Source: an uncultured virus (IMG/VR IMGVR_UViG_3300023110_000026) (Duplodnaviria; Heunggongvirae; Uroviricota; Caudoviricetes). Taken from it: DNA of 64,000 nucleotides. Location of the stretch: IMG/VR virus record IMGVR_UViG_3300023110_000026; one strand, given 5' to 3'. Position numbers and translations under genes: made by a program. This document shows positions 36,629-46,294 of the stretch, in pieces; positions within the stretch are counted from its first letter, which is position 1; each line of letters starts with the position of its first letter. The notes beneath the pieces are model-generated. The model was not told the DNA's origin. It saw nothing but the letters and a program-made list of their open reading frames with translations, and did no database searches.

Positions 36629-38482
36629 TTAATCGGATTTGCCCGACAGTGTTGTTCCATATCTTGAATTAAATTTATTAAACAAAAATCTGTTATTGCC
36701 ACCTAAAAGAGACCTGTTATTTGTATATGAAGCATCATCTCCTGGATTATATATAAGATTTGTTTTTGCATTTCCAGTAATCCAGGCCTTTACTTCTGCC
36801 GGTGTTGCTTCTGGATTAACTTGCAAATATAATGCACACATTCCAGCAACTTGTGGACTGGCCATGCTAGTTCCTGAAATATTTACTTGTTTAAACTCGC
36901 TATTCAAATAATAATCTTGACCGTTGAATCTGTTTGTATTACTACAAGCACTCATAATGTCAGTTCCAGGTGCCCAAACATCTACGCCAGGGCCGCATTC
37001 TGAACTTACATTTTTCTGCTCTTCATCAGAGCCAGCAATTTGAGAGTCAATATTTCCTACAATAATTGCTTCGTCGTCGTATGGAGAAGCACCTCTATGA
37101 TAATACCTAGCACCATAAAATGTTGAATTATAATAGTTGTCATAATCATCTCCTCCAGGAACATCAATTTTTTGGTATGAGTTTCCTGCCGCGACACAAA
37201 TATTAATTCCTTCATCAATCATTTCTTGTATTTCTATATCAACTGAACTTACTCTTGTACCATATCTATAACCTGCTAGGCCGTAATAGGCTCCAACCAT
37301 GCCATATTGTGTTTCTCTACTTGTTCCTGACCATGGTGTACCTCTATAAGTACCACCATTGATATTTGAAAAATAAGTTCCATATCCCCAACTCATATTA
37401 ACAACTGTTGGTCTAAACTTTTTAGTTGTTGAATAAATTGCTCCAGGCAACGCACTTACAAATTTGTGAGTTGTTGTGTCTGAAGAAATTCCGATATTAA
37501 CAGTAATAGTTGTTGACGTAGTTCCGGTGATTGCAACTTCCTTATCATAGTACGGATCGGTTCCAGTACTATTAGGAACACCAACACCCCTTGGATAATC
37601 ATGTACTGACGCATCGTTGTCTTTTGCACACGTAAATCTTAAACTTCCTGCTACAATTCTTATTTTGTCACCTACAACAAACGGGTGTGTTCCTAAAGTT
37701 AAACTCATTACTCCGGTGCTTGGAGTATATGTTGCCGCTGTTGGTGTAAATTTACTTTGTTTTCTTCTGTGCCATTCTTTAATAACATCAAACGCATCTG
37801 CTGTTGGAATTCCTGTTCCGCTATCTCCACTTCCTTCTAAACCACCAAGTTTTACACTGTATATTCTAGCATTTTTTGCCCAACCATAATTTTTACCTGC
37901 TACTGTGCCAGCAACGTGTGTTCCGTGGCCGTCATAATCTCTATAATGATTAGCACTCTGTGTTCCAGTTAGACCACTAGCATCATACCAATCAATTTGT
38001 TGTAAACGAGTATTACCTTGTGCATCTTCCCATTCAGGGTGATCTACTTCTATTCCGCTATCTTGAATTACAACATCTACTCCTGTTCCGTCTAAATGAT
38101 ATGTGTATCCTCCAGATACATCTGAACCATCATAAGGATTAGTTGTAGCATTAACTCTTGGCAATCCCCAATTTTGAAAATCGCCTGCAGATTCGGTTGT
38201 TTTTGTAAAGTTTCCTGTTTGTTCTACTGATAAACCAATTTCAATATCATCTCGTTGATCTGCTGGAAGTTCAACACAGTAGACTCTATTATCAGAACGA
38301 AGTGTTTCTGCTTCGCTGTCTGTAAGCATATAATGAGTTAGTCTTTGTGAAGCAGGTCTAGGGTTTGCAACAGATACTGCTCTATTAGGAATGGCTCCTG
38401 AGCCTGTTATTCTAATCATTTCAGCGTTAAACTGTACAAAGTCTACGCCTCTATTAAGACCTACAATATATTCTCTTTCCAT
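36629..38482 (-). CDS. Subtilisin-family (S8) serine protease (start re-called to ATG 38482)
   Basis: Triad VVIQDSG / HGTHVAG / GTSMASP, oxyanion AAGN, N-terminal prodomain-like segment. Confidence 0.92.
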   Translation of the reverse strand: MEREYIVGLNRGVDFVQFNAEMIRITGSGAIPNRAVSVANPRPASQRLTHYMLTDSEAETLRSDNRVYCVELPADQRDDIEIGLSVEQTGNFTKTTESAGDFQNWGLPRVNATTNPYDGSDVSGGYTYHLDGTGVDVVIQDSGIEVDHPEWEDAQGNTRLQQIDWYDASGLTGTQSANHYRDYDGHGTHVAGTVAGKNYGWAKNARIYSVKLGGLEGSGDSGTGIPTADAFDVIKEWHRRKQSKFTPTAATYTPSTGVMSLTLGTHPFVVGDKIRIVAGSLRFTCAKDNDASVHDYPRGVGVPNSTGTDPYYDKEVAITGTTSTTITVNIGISSDTTTHKFVSALPGAIYSTTKKFRPTVVNMSWGYGTYFSNINGGTYRGTPWSGTSRETQYGMVGAYYGLAGYRYGTRVSSVDIEIQEMIDEGINICVAAGNSYQKIDVPGGDDYDNYYNSTFYGARYYHRGASPYDDEAIIVGNIDSQIAGSDEEQKNVSSECGPGVDVWAPGTDIMSACSNTNRFNGQDYYLNSEFKQVNISGTSMASPQVAGMCALYLQVNPEATPAEVKAWITGNAKTNLIYNPGDDASYTNNRSLLGGNNRFLFNKFNSRYGTTLSGKSD

Positions 38483-38483
38483 A

Positions 38484-39488
38484 CTATGCCCCAAACACTA
38501 TCGAATAAACAATGTCAGCAGAGTCAACATATTCTCTAGTTGTCACTGATTGTGGATCACTTGATCTTGTAATATTCTCTGACATTAATAATTCTGTAAA
38601 TTTTCCTGTAGAAGGTTTACCCGCTCCTATTCTAGTATTTTCAATTGATGTATTCACAACTGGTAAATTGCTACCAGAGGAAGTAATTCTTCCTTGTTCA
38701 ATATCGTTAACAGTAAACACAACAGCATTACCTGCTTTAAATTCTAAATTAGACTGAGATTCTAATGTTGGCTCACCCGCTGAATCAATTTTAAAACTTT
38801 TTGCAATAACATTTCCGCCAACAAATAAGTCTTTTGCAATACCTACGCCGCCAGCAGTAATTAATGATCCAGTAGTAGGACTTGTTGACTGTGTAGTATT
38901 TGTTAGTGTTAATTGTCCACTTTGAGAAATATTTGCATTAACAGCAAGGTCATCTCTAAATTCACTAGTTCCAGTGACTAATAAACTAGTAAAACTACCA
39001 ATACCTGTAATTTCTGGATCTACAAAAACAAAATCGCCTCGAATAGCATTTGCTACATCAGCATAATAATATCCACTTGCAGTTGCAGGAACTACCCATT
39101 CAACATATCCATCTTGTTTATTATGTGCTAAATTACCTGTAGAAACAGTACCGTCTTTAACGTGTTGAATATCTGCTGTGACTAAGTTATCGTTTTCGTC
39201 TCTAATATTAAAACTAATAGATGTTAGATCTAAATTAAAACGATAAGTTCGGCCTTTTGTTAATGTAATATCTGGATTTCCGTCTGTTCCATCAACAGTA
39301 AAGTTTCCATTTGATTCACCTATTGCAATTTCAACTGTTGTGAGTGTATCAGAAACCTGTTGAATAATATCTTCAATTGGTGTTTCACTTGATAAACTTT
39401 TTACAGATACATTACCGTCAGCATCAACCGTAAATCCCGGTCCTTTGAAGCCATATTTACTGAAAAATGGATTTAGTGTGACTGCCAT
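38484..39488 (-). CDS. Virion fibre-like structural protein
   Basis: NPDITLTKGRTYRF module and STSPTTGSLITAGGVGIAKDLFVGG fibre motif; SD AGGAG; TAAATA at 39508..39513. Confidence 0.65.
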   Translation of the reverse strand: MAVTLNPFFSKYGFKGPGFTVDADGNVSVKSLSSETPIEDIIQQVSDTLTTVEIAIGESNGNFTVDGTDGNPDITLTKGRTYRFNLDLTSISFNIRDENDNLVTADIQHVKDGTVSTGNLAHNKQDGYVEWVVPATASGYYYADVANAIRGDFVFVDPEITGIGSFTSLLVTGTSEFRDDLAVNANISQSGQLTLTNTTQSTSPTTGSLITAGGVGIAKDLFVGGNVIAKSFKIDSAGEPTLESQSNLEFKAGNAVVFTVNDIEQGRITSSGSNLPVVNTSIENTRIGAGKPSTGKFTELLMSENITRSSDPQSVTTREYVDSADIVYSIVFGA

Positions 39489-39531
39489 TTAAAATCTCCT
39501 ATACACATATTTACCAAATTGTAGTAAACTG

Positions 39532-39951
39532 TTATACAGGAGGATTAATGGTTTTAAAGTATGTTGCTTGAAATAGCACTTTTGCACCAGCCATATCTGT
39601 GCTATCTTCTTCTTGTGGAGTGACAATTAAGTCTACATAAGAGTTATTGACTGTTGCTTTTACTTCCAAAATATGCTGTCCTAGATTACTACGTCCGTAT
39701 ACGGTTAAATCTGCTGTATTTTTACCTGCTGTGACTATACATTTTATAATTTCTCTATTAAATGTGTCATAGTCAGCAACAATTGAATATTCAACAGCAC
39801 AAAACTCTCCTAAATGCCACCTATCTAATCGTGTTTCAATAGGCAGACCCGCAAGTTTTTGCCACGGGCCTACATATGAAAAATTAGTGCCGTTTTTGAG
39901 AGCAAGTGTGTTTTTTGCACCTTTACTGAAAAAATACTTTAACCATTCCAT
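39532..39951 (-). CDS. Hypothetical beta-rich, probably structural protein
   Basis: 139 aa ORF with its own late promoter. Confidence 0.6.
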   Translation of the reverse strand: MEWLKYFFSKGAKNTLALKNGTNFSYVGPWQKLAGLPIETRLDRWHLGEFCAVEYSIVADYDTFNREIIKCIVTAGKNTADLTVYGRSNLGQHILEVKATVNNSYVDLIVTPQEEDSTDMAGAKVLFQATYFKTINPPV

Positions 39952-39956
39952 GTTAG

Positions 39957-39962
39957 TATTTA
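39957..39962 (-). promoter_or_regulatory. Late promoter TAAATA, 5 nt before ATG 39951
   Basis: TAAATA-CTAAC-ATG. Confidence 0.65.
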
Positions 39963-41777
39963 TTGATTCTTTAACGTAATCAACTTACCATGCTCTGGAA
40001 GATACAAGTATTCAATATCGCTTTGTTGTAGTGTCCAAAAAGCATCTTCTAGGGTTTCTACTAATGGTTCACCACCTAGATTAAAACTAGTATTAAAAAT
40101 AATTGGAACTCCAGTTTTATCTTTAAATGTTTTAATTAAATCATAGTAGTGTTCGTTTTGATCTCTGTTAACACTTTGAATACGGCAAGTACCATCTACG
40201 TGAATAATTGCCGGAATTTTTTGTTCAACTCCTTCTTGGCAATTTACAGCATACATCATACTAGGCGAACTCTCCATGCCACGTAAATCAAACCATTCGT
40301 GTACATCTTCTTCAAGAATTGTACCAGCAAATGGACGGAAATATTCTCTGCGTTTTACTTGATTAACGTGATCTTTACCTTCAGGATCGCGTGGATCATA
40401 AAGAATACTTCTATTACCTAATGCTCTAGGACCATTTTCTGAACGTCCTTGGAACATTGAAACAATATTTTTATCTGTAATTAAATCAATTACTGTTTCG
40501 TGTGTAGCATCACTAACTTCTGCTTCATATTCTTCTGCAAGTTTAGAAATATCTTCATTGGTGTATTCGTATTTAGGACCAAGATAAAGTTTGTGTGTAA
40601 TAGGAGAAACTGTATTGTCCTGTGTAATACTTCTATGAATAAACATTGCCGCACCCATTGCAGTACCTGCATCGTTTGAAACAGGCTCAACATAAATGTT
40701 AATTCCTTCATCTTTTAATGCATCTAAGTAGTGATAGTTTGCAACACAATTGAGTGCATAACCTCCTGAAATAACAATATTCTTTTCACCTGTCATTTCA
40801 ACAGCACGTCTAATTAGATTAACAACTTGATCTTGTGTTTGTGTTTGCACAGCATAAGCCATATCTCTACGGTTTGTTAAATATGTTCTATCTGCCATAT
40901 TAGATTGTGATTTTTGCATATCAATATCTTCTTCTAAGAAATCGTATGCAAGTCTATTAACCATTGCGCCATTTGGATAGTTAGGAATAATCAACTGTCT
41001 ATTAACAGTTGGATGTTTACCTTCATTACTAAACAATGGTGGAATTTTATCATTCTCTTTACCATATGGAAATAGTCCCATAGTCTTACCTGCTTCAATA
41101 GAACTAAATCCGCAATATTCTGTGACTGCTTCATAAGATTTAGTAATACCTGCTCCGTCAGTAATTACACAAGTATGTGTACCATCTTCGTTGTACATTG
41201 AACTATCAAAGTTTGGATTTACTAAGTGTACACTAGGTTGTTGTACACCAATATGTTTCCAAATAGTTTTAAAGTTTCCTGGGTAGTCACAAGTAAAAAT
41301 ACTTTCAGTTTCCCAACCCATAATCATTTCGCCATTAAAGTTTAATGGAATGAAAGTGCCAGCACCGTCAACTACGACTGCTGTTGCTTTTTCAAAACCT
41401 GAACGATAAAACGCCAGTGCCGCGTGTAGTTTGTGGTGAACAAAACTCATGTCAATAACTTGACTATGCTCATATGGGTTATCTTTTCTATTGATTAAAC
41501 CAATTTTTCTTGCAAGACCTGTATAAACATCGTCACCTGTATAATCAACTTTAGGTGCTGTTTCTTTTAGATTTTGCGTATGAGCAACTACAAGATAGTC
41601 AATTTTATCTGTATACTCTTTAATTTTAATCATTGAGGCAAAAGGGCCGCCGTCATACTTTTGTCTAGAAAGTCTTTCTTCTTCTACAGAAAAAACTACT
41701 TCTCCGTCTTTTAACAAGCATACACCAGAATTATGACCTCTGGCAATACCTGCAATCCATACTGGTTTCTTACTCAT
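39960..41777 (-). CDS. O-carbamoyltransferase (NodU/CmcH family)
   Basis: EEERLSR.K, HHKLHA, VVDGAG, GKTMGL, SGGYALNCVAN, NDAG, GPRALGNRS, RE.FRPFA, HVDGT.R, NTSFN.GGEP. Confidence 0.95.
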   Translation of the reverse strand: MSKKPVWIAGIARGHNSGVCLLKDGEVVFSVEEERLSRQKYDGGPFASMIKIKEYTDKIDYLVVAHTQNLKETAPKVDYTGDDVYTGLARKIGLINRKDNPYEHSQVIDMSFVHHKLHAALAFYRSGFEKATAVVVDGAGTFIPLNFNGEMIMGWETESIFTCDYPGNFKTIWKHIGVQQPSVHLVNPNFDSSMYNEDGTHTCVITDGAGITKSYEAVTEYCGFSSIEAGKTMGLFPYGKENDKIPPLFSNEGKHPTVNRQLIIPNYPNGAMVNRLAYDFLEEDIDMQKSQSNMADRTYLTNRRDMAYAVQTQTQDQVVNLIRRAVEMTGEKNIVISGGYALNCVANYHYLDALKDEGINIYVEPVSNDAGTAMGAAMFIHRSITQDNTVSPITHKLYLGPKYEYTNEDISKLAEEYEAEVSDATHETVIDLITDKNIVSMFQGRSENGPRALGNRSILYDPRDPEGKDHVNQVKRREYFRPFAGTILEEDVHEWFDLRGMESSPSMMYAVNCQEGVEQKIPAIIHVDGTCRIQSVNRDQNEHYYDLIKTFKDKTGVPIIFNTSFNLGGEPLVETLEDAFWTLQQSDIEYLYLPEHGKLITLKNQ

Positions 41778-42973
41778 TATTTCTCCTTGGTAGCACTTGG
41801 ATTAAATTTAGGTGGTACAACACCAAACTGTGAACTCATTGCAGTTGATGCCGCCATTGCTTCATTCATAGCCTGCGGAGGAGCCATCATTGGCATACCT
41901 TGCTGTGGCATATGATGTTGATGTCCGTGTTCGTGTACTACGCCATGCACAGGACAAACTTCACCTTGCTGTTGCTGGCCTTCACCTTGCAACTGTGCTT
42001 TCATTTTAATTTCTGTTTGTTTTGCTGGATATTTTTTAAGTCCATTTTGTACACTCTTAACAACTTCTTCAACTCGTGCTTCAGACATCTTCATAATACC
42101 GTCATTGATTCTGTCGCACATTTCGTCAGGTGTAATTCTAATAGGAGCATATTCTCTTTCTTTTTCACCTAGATCAATAATATCAAACTTTTTATGGTTA
42201 ACGTGTGAAATGTTAATAGGATATGTACTTCCTGTAATTACTGTTGCTGGTGTATCAGTAGCATGGGCAATATGTTGTCCAACACTATCACAACCAATAA
42301 AATAATCACAGCCTTTGATTAGACCTGCCCATTGTCTTAGTGTAATTCCTTGCGGAATTGGAACCGGGACTTCGATTTTCGCAACACTAAAATCAATAGG
42401 CATTTCGGCCATAACCATCACTGCGTGATTCTTTTTCTGTAATTTTTTAATTAGATTGACTAGATCTTCATATTCAATACTTCTTGATGTGCTATCATTA
42501 AACACACCATCTCTATAACTAACACCTCTACCAAATGGTTGAATAATAATTACTTTTTCTTTTCCTGTAATTTGTCTTACTTCATTAAGTGTAATTTCAC
42601 CATTAAGAACTTCTTCTCGATTTAACTTAATTGTAGGTATTGATAGTTCTCTTGGTTCATCAAGATTATTAATAATCATATCAAAGGCTTGTCCTAAACT
42701 TGCCTTTTGATTATAATAATACCAATTTCTGTATGGTTCTGGACTTACACAATTTCTATCTTTGATCTTGTCATTGAATAAGTGTTTGTGCCACAAATCG
42801 TATGCACGTTTGTCTAAGTCCGGGTGTCCTTTGTAAAATTCAGTACCACCCTCACAAACGATAATAAAATCATCGTCTGGATTTGCTTCTCTAAATTTTT
42901 CCAATGCTGGAATAGAAGCAATTACACGGCCAGCGCCACCGTTAATAAAAAATGCTGTTGATCTAGTCGTCAT
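41777..42973 (-). CDS. GT9 (heptosyltransferase-like) glycosyltransferase with low-complexity tail
   Basis: GGAGRVI..IPAL, IIIQPFG, LRQWAGLI...DYFIGCDSVGQHIA.A...A.VI.GST; TAAATA at 43006..43011. Confidence 0.75.
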   Translation of the reverse strand: MTTRSTAFFINGGAGRVIASIPALEKFREANPDDDFIIVCEGGTEFYKGHPDLDKRAYDLWHKHLFNDKIKDRNCVSPEPYRNWYYYNQKASLGQAFDMIINNLDEPRELSIPTIKLNREEVLNGEITLNEVRQITGKEKVIIIQPFGRGVSYRDGVFNDSTSRSIEYEDLVNLIKKLQKKNHAVMVMAEMPIDFSVAKIEVPVPIPQGITLRQWAGLIKGCDYFIGCDSVGQHIAHATDTPATVITGSTYPINISHVNHKKFDIIDLGEKEREYAPIRITPDEMCDRINDGIMKMSEARVEEVVKSVQNGLKKYPAKQTEIKMKAQLQGEGQQQQGEVCPVHGVVHEHGHQHHMPQQGMPMMAPPQAMNEAMAASTAMSSQFGVVPPKFNPSATKEK

Positions 42974-43047
42974 TTAAGCCCCTTGTAAATTACTATTCGT
43001 ACGAATATTTACCGGGCATATTTTTTAGTGGATTAGAAAGTGGTTAG

Positions 43048-43806
43048 TTAAAACTTACGTTCTGGATCGTTTGCTTCGTCACGCTCAAAAGGATTACCTT
43101 CTAGGATATCACCTCTTGGGTTATCTGGAAAAGGCACCATCCATGGATCCCATTCATCTACAGGAAACTTGTTGCGTAGATTCTTAAGTTCTGCAATGTG
43201 ATCAACTACCTTTTGTCTGTGTTCTGCATTAGCAGGATCTGACAGGCTTTCATCATTAATTAATTCTTGTTCACAATGCCAAACTAGATTATCGCGGGTT
43301 TGTAAGAATAATTCTTCGTTCATTGAAGGTTTTTCCCACGGAAATGGTTTAACAAATTCTTTTTTATCAAAATCGTATTTGATTTCATCTTGAGCATATG
43401 CTTCATTTGGAATAAGAGGTTCTGATTTCCAATAGTATACAGTATCATCGCCATCAATTTTCCATGTTTTACAAGGATAATTTGCTTCATCCCCCATGTC
43501 CATCCAACATAATGTTGCCAACAAAGGTTCTTTAGTAGCGTCAACTAAAATAGCATCGTGTCCTTGTCCTGCCCAACGTTCAATTTCTTCTTCTTGACTT
43601 TTGTTCTCAGGATCATATGCAAAAGCATCCATGCCCACTTCAAGCAATGATGTTTCTTTGTTAATAAATACCCAAATTTTTTCAGGGCCTTCGTATGTAA
43701 ATGTTCCAGTCTTACCTAAGTCATTAGTTTGATATCCAAACTTATCAGGAACATCATATGTAAATTCAACTTTTACTTTAGGTAGCCATGATGGATGTTC
43801 GCTCAT
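43048..43806 (-). CDS. Acidic protein, paralog of 43806..44537, tail-fibre-assembly-chaperone-like C-terminus
   Basis: Shared F.YD.PDK..YQTN.LG.T.TFTY.GP, KP.PW.KP.M and WDPWMVPFPD.PR motifs. Confidence 0.55.
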   Translation of the reverse strand: MSEHPSWLPKVKVEFTYDVPDKFGYQTNDLGKTGTFTYEGPEKIWVFINKETSLLEVGMDAFAYDPENKSQEEEIERWAGQGHDAILVDATKEPLLATLCWMDMGDEANYPCKTWKIDGDDTVYYWKSEPLIPNEAYAQDEIKYDFDKKEFVKPFPWEKPSMNEELFLQTRDNLVWHCEQELINDESLSDPANAEHRQKVVDHIAELKNLRNKFPVDEWDPWMVPFPDNPRGDILEGNPFERDEANDPERKF

Positions 43807-44537
43807 TATCTATCCTCCTCAGGTACAACACTGTTTTCTGTTGTATCAACTCTTGGATCATCTGGAAATGGAACCATCCATGGATCCCAATGTGTTGATG
43901 GAAATTTTTCTTCAAGTCCATTTAACTCATCAATGTAGTCATTTAAATCAGCAATAACATCGTCAAATTCACCATCAGCATTATCACGTGTTAAATCAGT
44001 AATACTTGATTGTGCTGAAGCAATAATTGCATCTTTACCGCTCCATAATTCATCCCATGTCATGTGCGGTTTTTTCCACGGATATGGTTTATTGAATACT
44101 TTATTAATTGGATCATAAGTAATTTCTCCAATTTCGTATGTATGATCTGGAGTAGGATTAGCCGCTCTTGAATAGTATACTGTTGTATCACTAGCATCTT
44201 GTTGTTCTCTAGTAAATTCTACTTGAGGATAATCTGCTTGATCAATGTTCATACTAAATGCAGAAGCAAGTACAGGATCTGTTTTTGCATCTACTAATAC
44301 TGCATAAGCGCCGGCTCCGGCTTGTAATTCTTGTTGTTCTTGTGTGTTTGGATCACCGTCATCTGCAATCCAGCCATTTTCTGGCATAACTCTATTTGTT
44401 TCTGAATTGCAAACAATCCATAACTTTGCCGGACCAGTATAGGTAAAAGTAGTAGTCAAACCCAACTCGTTTGTTTGATACAAATACTTGTCTGGAATAT
44501 CATATTCAAATGTAAATGTAATTTCTTTAACTGCCAT
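43806..44537 (-). CDS. Acidic protein, paralog of 43048..43806, tail-fibre-assembly-chaperone-like C-terminus
   Basis: Same motifs as the paralog; helical hairpin ending in a Pro/Trp-rich terminus. Confidence 0.55.
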   Translation of the reverse strand: MAVKEITFTFEYDIPDKYLYQTNELGLTTTFTYTGPAKLWIVCNSETNRVMPENGWIADDGDPNTQEQQELQAGAGAYAVLVDAKTDPVLASAFSMNIDQADYPQVEFTREQQDASDTTVYYSRAANPTPDHTYEIGEITYDPINKVFNKPYPWKKPHMTWDELWSGKDAIIASAQSSITDLTRDNADGEFDDVIADLNDYIDELNGLEEKFPSTHWDPWMVPFPDDPRVDTTENSVVPEEDR

Positions 44538-44557
44538 TTTCTATCCTATATCTTTAA

Positions 44558-45406
44558 TTATGATGTATACCATGTAATTCTAATCATTCCTGGAGTTCCA
44601 TATGAACCACAGTGACATCCGCCTGACCATCTTACGTAAGTTGCTCCACCTTGTCCTGGAACATACTGTGAGTGTAGTCTAGCAAAACCTGTATAGTCTG
44701 CCGCCGCACAGTTAACAAATGTACTAAAGCCTCTATCGCCGCCTTGTACACCAACTGTACCACCGCACTTGTTAAATAATCCGCCTGGATATGGGAAGTG
44801 AATCTTGTGACAGCAATGTCCGCCACAGGCTCTGTGTTGCATCCATCCACGTACACCACATACCATAAAGTCACCACCACTTGCTTCAGCAGGGTTATCG
44901 TTAATACAACAATTACAGTTCCAAGCACGGCAACAGCAATAACCTGTCACATAACATCCGCAACCTGGGAAACAGAATGAACAGCCTGGTTTACCACCAC
45001 CTGCACACATATTAACATTACAACCACTAATTCTTGAACGGCATCCTCTAAATCCATTTCTACCGTTGTGACAACAACTTTGTTGTCCTAAACATAAATC
45101 ATAACACCATCCCTGTGATACTGAAATAGTTTTACGTGCATAAGCACCGCCACCACCTGGTGCACCATTCATACAACAACAAGATACACCACCTCCGCCT
45201 CCGCCTCCGAAGGTTTCAAATGTTGCTCTTACTGCATCTGCAGGAACAATAAATGCAAAACAACAATCAAACTGATAGTTATCGTGTGCATTGTCGCCGT
45301 TAAAGCAGTGTCTTTTGTATATAAATGTACATCCATTAGGCAAATCTGTGACTGACTGTCCTTGATTTAACTTTAATTCGCTTACATATGAACTTAGTGT
45401 TGCCAT
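44558..45406 (-). CDS. Cys/Gly-rich protein 3 (glycine-rich fibre-tip/adhesin-like)
   Basis: VP....FE.FGGGGGGG..CCC..G..GGGGAY...G..G.IRITW; 32 Cys by hand count. Confidence 0.7.
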   Translation of the reverse strand: MATLSSYVSELKLNQGQSVTDLPNGCTFIYKRHCFNGDNAHDNYQFDCCFAFIVPADAVRATFETFGGGGGGGVSCCCMNGAPGGGGAYARKTISVSQGWCYDLCLGQQSCCHNGRNGFRGCRSRISGCNVNMCAGGGKPGCSFCFPGCGCYVTGYCCCRAWNCNCCINDNPAEASGGDFMVCGVRGWMQHRACGGHCCHKIHFPYPGGLFNKCGGTVGVQGGDRGFSTFVNCAAADYTGFARLHSQYVPGQGGATYVRWSGGCHCGSYGTPGMIRITWYTS

Positions 45407-45411
45407 GTTAA

Positions 45412-45417
45412 TATTTA
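45412..45417 (-). promoter_or_regulatory. Late promoter TAAATA, 5 nt before ATG 45406
   Basis: TAAATA-TTAAC-ATG. Confidence 0.65.
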
Positions 45418-45421
45418 CCCC

Positions 45422-46282
45422 TTATGTTGTACAATCATTATAAGTTATTCTTACCATACCTGCAGTACCAGGGAAGCCATAACAGCATCCGTCACCACAA
45501 GCAGTAGCAGTTGGTCCACCTAATCCTGGAGTCCAACCAGATGTTCTACCAGTTGTCCATTGTCCAATAACCGGATTACATCTTGCCCATTCCTGATTAC
45601 AAGCATTACCGTTATTTTGTGTACTTGTAAATCCGCCTGTCATGTTGTTTAATCCGCCTGGATAATGATATAAAATTTTCCACCAACACGCACCACAAGT
45701 ACATTGTGCCCATGTAGCACTTGGTCTTCCTGGTGATCCACCGTCAGCACCGTAATAACATCTGCAACACAAACAACACATTCTATCTGTGTAATAGTAT
45801 CCGCAGTTATTACCTAAACAGTTAAATGCACCCCAGTGTACAAAACAGCACGACTGACCGCCATTACCGCCGTCTGCACAGAAATTAGTTAATCCGTTTC
45901 CTGTGATATAACCTTTACATCCTAAAATTCCGCAACAGCATTGGGCACAACAAGTAGCAGGTCCTGGATAAAGATTATAACAATCACCCGGACTAAAATC
46001 TCCGTCACCTGAATTTAAACATTTATATGCCCATGCACCTGAACCGCCTGGAGGTCCGCCTGAACATCCACACGAGCCGCCACCTGAGCCACCGCCGCCC
46101 CATACTTCCATTTTTAGACAGGTCATGCCTTGTGGTACACACCAGTAAAGCATACACGTATCACCGTATGACGAATCACAATAACAAGTACAGAAAGGTC
46201 TGAATGTCATTGTACATTGTTTTTCCATCGGCTTTAAATCTTCTACGGATACTGAGCCAATTAATGATCTTAAAGTTGCCAT
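45422..46282 (-). CDS. Cys/Gly-rich protein 2
   Basis: WCVP...EVWGGGGSGG...TNFCA.GG...GMVRITY; 36 Cys by hand count. Confidence 0.7.
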   Translation of the reverse strand: MATLRSLIGSVSVEDLKPMEKQCTMTFRPFCTCYCDSSYGDTCMLYWCVPQGMTCLKMEVWGGGGSGGGSCGCSGGPPGGSGAWAYKCLNSGDGDFSPGDCYNLYPGPATCCAQCCCGILGCKGYITGNGLTNFCADGGNGGQSCCFVHWGAFNCLGNNCGYYYTDRMCCLCCRCYYGADGGSPGRPSATWAQCTCGACWWKILYHYPGGLNNMTGGFTSTQNNGNACNQEWARCNPVIGQWTTGRTSGWTPGLGGPTATACGDGCCYGFPGTAGMVRITYNDCTT

Positions 46283-46294
46283 TCCATTCCTTCC

